Shown here: positions 57,862 through 64,000 of the stretch, piece by piece | Layout of the letters: each line of letters opens with the position of its first letter | How positions within the stretch are numbered: position 1 is the stretch's first letter | NCBI GenBank assembly: GCA_015486845.1 | Contig: WFQU01000129.1 | Location: 3,955 to 67,954 of the forward strand | Direction of reading: 5' to 3' | DNA length: 64,000 bases | DNA from: Anaerolineae bacterium | Lineage (GTDB): Bacteria > Chloroflexota > Anaerolineae > JAADDB01 | Program-made: the position numbers and the translations under genes | Notes under the pieces: generated by a model | The model's input: only the letters and a program-made list of their open reading frames with translations | Database searches by the model: none | Told to the model about the DNA's origin: nothing

Positions 57862-58692
57862 ATGTGGCGCTCTCCGTGGTGCGTGGGTGCGTTCATCAGC
57901 AGTTGCATCGTAAGTGCGGCGTACTGGCGGCGTGATCTTTCCCTTAGCGGCCTGTTCGCAGCGTTCCTTTTGGGATTATTCGTTTATGTCGCCGGCGGCG
58001 TCGTGTGGAGCATTGTTTTGGTCGCATTCTTCCTTTCCGCCTCGGCGCTCTCACATGTGCAAACGGCCAACAAACGGAGCGTGATGATCGCATTTGCCAA
58101 AGGCGGGCAGCGGGATGCGGCACAGGTATTAGCTAACGGTAGTATCGCACTGTTAGCGGCATTGTTTGTGCTCTGGTCAGGCCGGTGCGGTCTGGGCAGC
58201 AACACAGCCTGGCTAATTTTCTTGGCTTCTCTTGCCGGGGCCACAGCGGACACCTGGGCCACAGAAATTGGCACGCTTCGGCCGGGAGAGCCCCGTTTGT
58301 TGACGACCTTGCAATCCGTGCCGGCCGGTCGTTCCGGCGGCGTGACCTGGCTGGGCTCGCTTGCGGCGCTCGGCGGAGCAAGCTTCATCACTTTGACGGC
58401 GTGGGGCGCACTGCTATTGTGGCCGGGGCCGTGGCGATTTTCCGCCGAGCTGGCTATATGGGGCATTCTCGCCGGCCTGGTCGGCTCCTTTGTGGATAGT
58501 CTCCTCGGCGCCACCCTGCAAGCCCAGTATTTCTGCCCCCGTTGCGCAAAAATCACCGAAGCCCGCGTGCATCATTGCGGCACGCCGACCATTTACCGGA
58601 GCGGTTGGCGCTGGCTGAACAACGATTGGGTGAACTTCTTCAGTCTGTGTGCCGCTGCCGTCGTGGTCATCTTCGGCTCCCTGCTTTTCTGA
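57862..58692 (+). CDS. DUF92/TMEM19-like integral membrane protein. The assignment is tentative.
   Basis: About 270 aa with 6 to 7 transmembrane helices and a KGGQRDAAQVLANG motif, consistent with DUF92. Confidence 0.5.
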   Translation: MWRSPWCVGAFISSCIVSAAYWRRDLSLSGLFAAFLLGLFVYVAGGVVWSIVLVAFFLSASALSHVQTANKRSVMIAFAKGGQRDAAQVLANGSIALLAALFVLWSGRCGLGSNTAWLIFLASLAGATADTWATEIGTLRPGEPRLLTTLQSVPAGRSGGVTWLGSLAALGGASFITLTAWGALLLWPGPWRFSAELAIWGILAGLVGSFVDSLLGATLQAQYFCPRCAKITEARVHHCGTPTIYRSGWRWLNNDWVNFFSLCAAAVVVIFGSLLF

Positions 58693-58704
58693 GAAGACAT
58701 CATG

Positions 58705-59205
58705 AGACTACGGCCTGCCTTGTGCGCTGCGCGCGGACAGGCACACCATAGCGGATGAAAGTCGGCCGATAGCCGGTAGGCGTTCGCCGTTAGCAAATAT
58801 ATAAGCGGACGTTGCTGGAGCATTAATCGTGGGGAGCTGAAGCCGCACCGAAAGTGCCTGCAGCCAGGCGACCACCTACGTGGTCGCGACGACGCCAACG
58901 CACAAGAGCGAGACATTCAACTTCTGAGAGAAATTGAATGTCTGCACTGCGGTTGAAACCGCGGCACAGGAAACCGGCAAAGCAGTTCGCCCGTGCGTAG
59001 TGCAGTTTTGGCTGCTGGCAGCTGGAGCTTAGCCTTTTGGCAGCCTGGAAGCGTCGACACCGGCTAAAGCCTCGACTCCAGTGCTGGGGAAAGTGTCGCA
59101 CTTTTTTCGCGACGACATCTTCGGGATCGTTTTTTGACCGTTGTTTTTTTATCTGCGTGCGCAGCCTGCGTTTATCTGCGTCCCATTTCATTTTCAAGGG
59201 AGGGC
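58705..59205. repeat. Repeat cluster made of an S-like module (58705..58760), hairpin H variant GACATTCAACTTCTgagAGAAATTGAATGTC (58912..58942) and leader module L (59135..59203)
   Basis: Alignment with the other copies. It marks the boundary of an islet that looks lower in GC. Confidence 0.8.
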
Positions 59206-59555
59206 GGTGGCCGTCATCCCGTGCCAGGAACTGCGAGAGAGCGTGTTTAAGCAAGTACGGTAGAGACATAGCAAATAATCATCCAATGTGGTAAAATATA
59301 GGTGATAATTCATAAAGATTTTGCTGAACGACGAGTCCGAATCAACAGTATTGATCGCTCGTTCGATCTGGAATTTCGGAGTAAACAAACACACCAGGCG
59401 CGTTTTGACGTAGCCTGGACATTGGCCACTCATGCAAACAGGGTCAAGGGGTTAGCTGTTCGTCAACTCCGACTTCACCAACCCATTGAGGTTTTTCGAC
59501 GTTTACAGCGTTAAATACCTTGTGATCGTGAGTATATTATTCAAGGAGTCAAGTC

Positions 59556-59786
59556 ATGCCTTCAACAGCCATCGCGACGGTGGAGAGGATGTTAGAGCCT
59601 TTGCCGGAAGAAGCGCAAGAGCGAGTCGTAGAACACCTGCGAGAGTATATTTTAGACCTGGAGGATGAACTTCTGTGGGACGATCAATTCAGAAGCACGC
59701 AGGACAAGCTTATCATGGCAGCCCGCCGTGCCAAGAAAGAGATTGCTGCTGGCAAAGCGGAACCCATGGACTTTGAACGACTATGA
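59556..59786 (+). CDS. Type II toxin-antitoxin system antitoxin, partner of a RelE/ParE-family toxin
   Basis: 76 aa, acidic N-terminus and a C-terminal ...AARRAKKEIAAGKAEPMDFERL tail, typical of antitoxins that pair with this toxin clade. Its stop overlaps the toxin start (ATGA). Confidence 0.55.
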   Translation: MPSTAIATVERMLEPLPEEAQERVVEHLREYILDLEDELLWDDQFRSTQDKLIMAARRAKKEIAAGKAEPMDFERL

Positions 59787-60063
59787 AGTCGGCCACGTTA
59801 CCCTCCTTCTGGGAAGCCTATGCCTCCCTTGGCGAAGACGTCAGACGCCAGGCGAGGAAAGCCTTCGATTTATGGATTCAGAACCCATTTCTCATCCATC
59901 TCTGCACTTCAAGTGCATCAATTGCGAGGAAGATATTTGGTCTGTCCGGATAACCCGACAATATCGTGCAGTAGGTGTCTGAGAAGTAGGTGTCTGAGAA
60001 GGAGATGTCGTCACCTGGTTTTGGATTGGTCACCATGACCATTACCAACGCTTCTTTTCGTGA
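59783..60063 (+). pseudogene. RelE/ParE-superfamily toxin gene disrupted by a 1-bp deletion (frameshift at about 59888..59892) and a 15-bp tandem duplication (59971..60000) that introduces in-frame TGA codons
   Basis: Frame 1 reads MKSATLPSFWEAYASLGEDVRRQARKAFDLWIQNPF. Frame 2 reads HPSLHFKCINCEEDIWSVRITRQYRAVGV*EVGV*EGDVVTWFWIGHHDHYQRFFS*. Together these rebuild a canonical toxin of about 90 aa (...NP..LH.K......WSVRI...YRA.......WFWIGSH..Y). Confidence 0.6.
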
Positions 60064-60408
60064 TCGAGTCCGTTTATCGCTCCGAAATGTCAAAGACAAG
60101 CCATCGCACTTGCCGCTGTTCTCGTATTTAGGCCAGTTTGTCATCCAGACCCATGGTTTCGTCGCCGAGAAGGAACATGGTAAGATGGGCCCAGCAGCCA
60201 GCAGCAGCCGGGTTATGATCCTGGATTCTTTGTCAAACTCGAGAAACTGGAACATGCCATGTCAGACAAGTATCCGTACTATCTCTTGGCACGTCATTTT
60301 CAGATCGTTGCAACTAAGCCTGGAAATGATGTAGGTCTTTAGGCAACACAATCAATGGTCAATGTCATGTCAAACTGAATTAGGCCGCCGCTGGCGAGAA
60401 AGTGAACA

Positions 60409-60981
60409 TTGCAAATGACTTCTATCTCTGAGAATCAGAAAGCTCGAATAATTTCTTTGCTCCAGGAAAGGCAACTCGGCCGCGAAGAGATCGCAGCGAA
60501 AGTCGGCGTTTCTCCCGGAACGGTCAGCGCAATCAAGGCGCATGTGACGATGGGTACTTACGGGACGGCCTCTAATCCCGAAACAGAAACCGACGAGCTT
60601 ATCGATGCTGCCGAAACAACATTTGGACTTGAACGTGATTTACAGCTTGCGTTGCGATCGAACATCCAGCAACTCGAAGATGGGCTCACTATCATTGATG
60701 GTGGCAAGGAATGCGTTACCGACGCAGGCAGAATCGATATTCTTGCCCGAGCCCTAGATGATTCGATTGTTGTGATTGAATTGAAGGCGGGGATGGCTTC
60801 CCCGGCAGCTTTGACCCAACTCTTAGCCTATATGGGAACCATCAACGAGCAGGGCAAGGCAGTGCGAGGAGTTTTAGTAGCAGGCGACTTTCATCCACGC
60901 GTTGTATTCGCGGTGAGAGCTGTGCCCCGTGTGAGGTTGTACCGATATCGTTTCAAATTCAATTTTGAGTCAGTGGAGTAA
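60409..60981 (+). CDS. N-terminal HTH domain fused to a DUF91/NucS-C-type PD-(D/E)xK nuclease domain
   Basis: HTH (EEIAAKVGVSPGTVSAI). C-terminal ...GRIDILARALDDSIVVIELKAGMASPAALTQLLAYM...VRGVLVA... matches the D...(D/E)xK core of NucS/DUF91-like nucleases. Confidence 0.5.
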   Translation: MQMTSISENQKARIISLLQERQLGREEIAAKVGVSPGTVSAIKAHVTMGTYGTASNPETETDELIDAAETTFGLERDLQLALRSNIQQLEDGLTIIDGGKECVTDAGRIDILARALDDSIVVIELKAGMASPAALTQLLAYMGTINEQGKAVRGVLVAGDFHPRVVFAVRAVPRVRLYRYRFKFNFESVE

Positions 60982-61117
60982 GTTCCAGGCTACAAGAGAT
61001 CTCATTACAGCTGCTTCCGCTCGACCGCGATTGCACTGGCATTCAAGCAGCCGTCCGAACCTGATCACAAGCTCGCCCACCGCCAAACCTATTAAGGACA
61101 TAAGACAGAGAGAAAAA

Positions 61118-61810
61118 GTGAAAACACTCATCGTCATGCCGCTGCCGGAAGAAATGGCACCATTCATGGAGCTTTGTGCGGCTAAGTCCATTCGGTTAGA
61201 GGCTGCTACGATAGGAAAACTTGATGTAACACACTGTCCAGATTTAGACCTGACGGTGGCTAACGGCGGTCTCGGCAAAACGCAGTTCGCGATACAGGTG
61301 CAGCACTTGCTGGATTTTTCTCCAGATTTCGATCTGGTTATTTGTGCAGGGGCGGCCGGGGCGTTAGATGATCCTCTCACCATCGGGGATGTGGTGATCG
61401 CAACGGAGACAGTGGAATACGACATTTACAACGGATTCGCAACACCGTTGCTGCCCCGGTACCCCAGCGACGAAAGCGTTCGTAACTCGTTTAGAGAAAT
61501 ACCGTTTGGAGAAAATGCTTTTCGGGTGCATTTTGGGCCCATTGCCAGCGGGGACGAGGATATTGTCGGTATCGAGCGAAAAAAGGAGATTCAAAGAAAA
61601 ACAGGTGGGCTGGCGGTAGCCTGGGAAGGGGCCGGAGGTGCCCGTGCTTGCCAGTTCAACCGGGTACCCTACCTGGAAATTCGAGGTGTGACGGACGATG
61701 CCGATGGAACTGCTTTGACGGATTTCAAGAAGAATCTGCCGGCAGCCATGCGTAATGTAGCGGCGGTGATTTTAGCCTGGGCTGAGAGACAGAAGGCGGC
61801 ATCATCATAG
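61118..61810 (+). CDS. MTA/SAH nucleosidase family protein (PNP_UDP_1 fold; an MtnN-like or MqnB-like futalosine hydrolase)
   Basis: GTG start. The pattern TLIVMPLPEEMAP...ICAGAAGAL...IGDVV...GDEDIV...AVAWEGAGGARACQFNRVPYLEIRGVTDDAD parallels the MtnN catalytic core. Confidence 0.6.
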   Translation: MKTLIVMPLPEEMAPFMELCAAKSIRLEAATIGKLDVTHCPDLDLTVANGGLGKTQFAIQVQHLLDFSPDFDLVICAGAAGALDDPLTIGDVVIATETVEYDIYNGFATPLLPRYPSDESVRNSFREIPFGENAFRVHFGPIASGDEDIVGIERKKEIQRKTGGLAVAWEGAGGARACQFNRVPYLEIRGVTDDADGTALTDFKKNLPAAMRNVAAVILAWAERQKAASS

Positions 61811-61856
61811 CCTGCAGCCACCACAGCGGATGCAACTGCATCCAAAGGAGCAACAG

Positions 61857-62282
61857 ATGACCAACAAAGATGACGATTTCAGGATAGAACGGGATTCCAC
61901 GGGCGAAATCGCTGGGCCGGGCGGCGCACTTTATGGCGCCGAGACCTAACGCTCTGTAGAGCTCAGCGGTTAGTTGAAGCGGGTGGTGGCGTCGTTGCGA
62001 AAAATCGCCCAGGATTTGTGCTGGATGAACTCAGTGCCCGTTTCCGGCCTGGCCGAGATCCAGTTGCCGGCGTTGCAGCCCGGTTCGTCCATCATGCCGG
62101 GCAAAATCAACCCGGTCATCCCGGAAGCGGTCATTCAGGGGACAACGCAAGTCATGGGGCAAGACCTGATCGTGACGGTGAGCGGGGCCATGGGCAATTT
62201 TCAACTCAATGTCATGTTGTCCGTCATAGCAAATGGCGATTGTTCTACTATAATTGATCTACATTGCAATTACCGGCAGTGA
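61857..62282 (+). pseudogene. Remnant of a class II fumarate hydratase / aspartate ammonia-lyase gene. The N-terminal 30 codons are intact, followed by stop codons and an in-frame internal deletion of about 250 codons, then a fragment carrying the [11 protein letters not shown] signature that is C-terminally truncated.
   Basis: MTNKDDDFRIERDSTGEIAGPGGALYGAET* matches the FumC/AspA N-terminus. 61974..62282 encodes ...[20 protein letters not shown]...GNFQLNVM..., the fumarase/aspartase signature region. Confidence 0.65.
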
Positions 62283-62392
62283 CGCGAACAAGTATCAAAA
62301 GGTCTGAGTTATCACTGTTTCTCATTGAGCAGTCAAATGCCAGGGACTCCCCTGGGCCACAGCATTCAGTTGATTTCATGAAGGAGGGAAGT

Positions 62393-63271
62393 ATGAACGT
62401 ACCCAATTTGACCGAACACTTTTTGGAGTTGATCCGGCGTTCTTCCACCGACTTGCCGGCGGACGTCGAAGCCGCTTTGCGACGGGGCCGGGATCAGGAA
62501 GAAGAGGGATCGGCGGCGCAGGCGGCATTAGACACCATTTTGCAGAACGTGCAAATGGCGCGCGAGCTCTCCACGCCGATCTGCCAAGATACTGGCACGC
62601 CTATTTTTTACGTCTGGTATCCCACAGGCTGGAGCACCCTGCCGTTGAAAGCCCAGTTATTAGAAGCTACGCAGCAGGCCACGCGGAAATACTATTTGCG
62701 CCCCAATGCAGTGGATTCGCTAACGGGCCGAAATTCCGGTGACAACACTGGCATTGATTTTCCCACGATGCATTTCATCGAGTGGGAAGCAGATTACTTA
62801 CAGGTCAAATTGGTGCAAAAAGGTGGCGGCAGCGAGAATGTTTCCCGGCAATACACCATTCCCAGCGCCGAATTCGCAGCCAGCCGTGACCTGAAAGGGG
62901 TGCGCAAAGCGATTTTGGATGTTGTTTGGCGAGCACAAGGAAAAGGTTGTGCACCGGCAGCCGCCATTGGCGTGGGCATCGGCGGCGACCGCGCTTCTGG
63001 CATGATGAAAGCCAAAGAACAACTTTTCCGCAAGCTGGATGATATCAACCCAGTGCCGGAACTGGCCCAATTCGAGCAAGAAATGTACGAAGAACTGAAT
63101 CAACTGGGCATTGGCCCCATGGGTTTCGGCGGCAAAACCACCGTTTTGGGCGTGAAAGTGGGCACAGCACACCGTTTGCCGGCGTGTTATTTCGTTTCTA
63201 TTGCCTACATGTGCTGGGCAGACCGGCGTCGGACACTGACCTATCGTGACGGTCAGGTTACCATCGAATAA
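62393..63271 (+). CDS. Class I (Fe-S) fumarate hydratase / L(+)-tartrate dehydratase, alpha (N-terminal domain) subunit
   Basis: The start MNVPNLTEHF follows an AAGGAGGG ribosome-binding site. Fe-S hydro-lyase alpha pattern (CQDTGTPIFYV...). Confidence 0.85.
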   Translation: MNVPNLTEHFLELIRRSSTDLPADVEAALRRGRDQEEEGSAAQAALDTILQNVQMARELSTPICQDTGTPIFYVWYPTGWSTLPLKAQLLEATQQATRKYYLRPNAVDSLTGRNSGDNTGIDFPTMHFIEWEADYLQVKLVQKGGGSENVSRQYTIPSAEFAASRDLKGVRKAILDVVWRAQGKGCAPAAAIGVGIGGDRASGMMKAKEQLFRKLDDINPVPELAQFEQEMYEELNQLGIGPMGFGGKTTVLGVKVGTAHRLPACYFVSIAYMCWADRRRTLTYRDGQVTIE

Positions 63272-63282
63272 GGAGGGGCAAA

Positions 63283-63903
63283 ATGGCTGTTTACAAACTG
63301 ACTGTGCCGATTAGTGAAGAACAAATTCGTGCCCTCAAAGTGGGGGACCAGGTGCTGCTGAGCGGTGTTATTACCACCGGCCGTGATGCTGCACACAAAT
63401 ATATGATCGAGAATTTCATTCATAGCGACGCCGTACCGCCGGAAGAAGAAGCGCTCTATCACCGCCTGCAAGAGATATTGCACGAGGGCGTAATCTACCA
63501 CTGCGGCCCGGTGGTGGGTCAGCGAGAGGACGGCAGCTACTACTTCGTGGCCGCCGGCCCTACCACCAGCATTCGCGAGGAGCCGTACGAAGGGGAAGTC
63601 ATCGGCCATTTCGGCATGCGGGCTGTGATCGGTAAAGGCGGTATGGGACCCAAAACGCTGGCGGCGTTGCAAAAGAACGGCGCTGTGTATCTACACGCTG
63701 TGGGCGGCGCCGCGACCCTCATCGCTCAGTCTGTCAAGGAAGTCGTCGAAGTGCACAAAATGGAGTTCGGCGTGCCGGAAGCTTTTTGGGTAATCCGGGT
63801 GGAAGATTTTCCCACCGTTGTGACCATGGATTCCCACGGCAACAGCATCCACGAAAAGATAGAAGAAGCGTCTAAAGTTCAATTAGAGAAGTTGCTGGCG
63901 TAA
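63283..63903 (+). CDS. Class I fumarate hydratase / tartrate dehydratase, beta (C-terminal domain) subunit
   Basis: Fe-S hydro-lyase beta pattern (GDQVLLSGVITTGRDAAHK...GKGGMGPKT). 206 aa. Confidence 0.85.
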   Translation: MAVYKLTVPISEEQIRALKVGDQVLLSGVITTGRDAAHKYMIENFIHSDAVPPEEEALYHRLQEILHEGVIYHCGPVVGQREDGSYYFVAAGPTTSIREEPYEGEVIGHFGMRAVIGKGGMGPKTLAALQKNGAVYLHAVGGAATLIAQSVKEVVEVHKMEFGVPEAFWVIRVEDFPTVVTMDSHGNSIHEKIEEASKVQLEKLLA

Positions 63904-64000
63904 CGCAGGCTATTCTGTGAAACATTGTGCACACGTCAGGCCAAGGCGCCTCCCTGCTATCGCGCTCGGGAGGCGTCCTGCGCGCTGCCGCACAACGCGA

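Noticed and set aside
59302-59514. 70-aa ORF (MIIHKDFAERRVRINSIDRSFDLEFRSKQ...) at the left edge of the low-GC islet
   Set aside because: No recognisable family, no ribosome-binding site, and it lies in the region that would hold the TA promoter. It could be a remnant of something such as an IS or integrase fragment, but this cannot be supported from sequence alone.

Overview
This 64 kb window reads as a chromosomal segment of a moderately high-GC bacterium. The gene content (BCKDH/PDH-type 2-oxoacid dehydrogenase operon, korAB, fabD-fabG-asp23-nusB, class I fumarase, GT-C/PA14/NHL giant protein) resembles thermophilic Chloroflexi-like lineages, but the organism cannot be named from sequence alone. 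Almost all of it is housekeeping operons. From left to right these are a partial UbiD-family decarboxylase, pgi, a minus-strand lipoate ligase/DUF503 pair, dGTPase, trxB, a kbl/bioF-family gene, moeA, the four-gene E1a/E1b/E2/E3 operon, fabD-fabG-asp23-nusB, a thiolase plus DUF35 pair, cspA, an ornithine-cyclodeaminase/FAD-oxidoreductase pair, a DnaJ/CbpA-like chaperone and an M20 peptidase. After those come a ten-kb Wzy-dependent polysaccharide cluster on the minus strand, korAB, birA, efp, secG, a peptide-binding ABC protein, a class A PBP, surE and a two-subunit class I fumarase. The most striking feature is a modular family of dispersed intergenic repeats that fills nearly every gap between same-strand genes. 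It has four parts: a 135-bp unit present here as a tandem triplet, a roughly 200-bp hairpin-rich element, a 31-bp near-perfect palindrome with compensatory substitutions in its outer stem, and short leader modules (ATCWGCGTT direct repeats followed by CTATTTTCARRGGAG) that sit directly in front of the start codons of at least seven unrelated genes and supply their Shine-Dalgarno sequences. Other notable points are a 1236-aa fusion of a GT-C (ArnT/PMT-like) membrane glycosyltransferase with two PA14 domains and an NHL beta-propeller, and a small islet that looks lower in GC (about 59.3 to 62.3 kb). That islet carries an intact type II antitoxin next to a RelE/ParE toxin inactivated by a 1-bp deletion and a 15-bp tandem duplication, an HTH plus DUF91/NucS-like nuclease followed by an MtnN-family nucleosidase, and a decayed class II fumarase remnant beside the intact class I fumarase. 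Two short transcription units bounded by a promoter and a terminator are also flagged: a 56-aa ORF upstream of the dehydrogenase operon and a roughly 220-nt apparently noncoding unit upstream of korAB. No CRISPR array, rRNA or tRNA gene was found.
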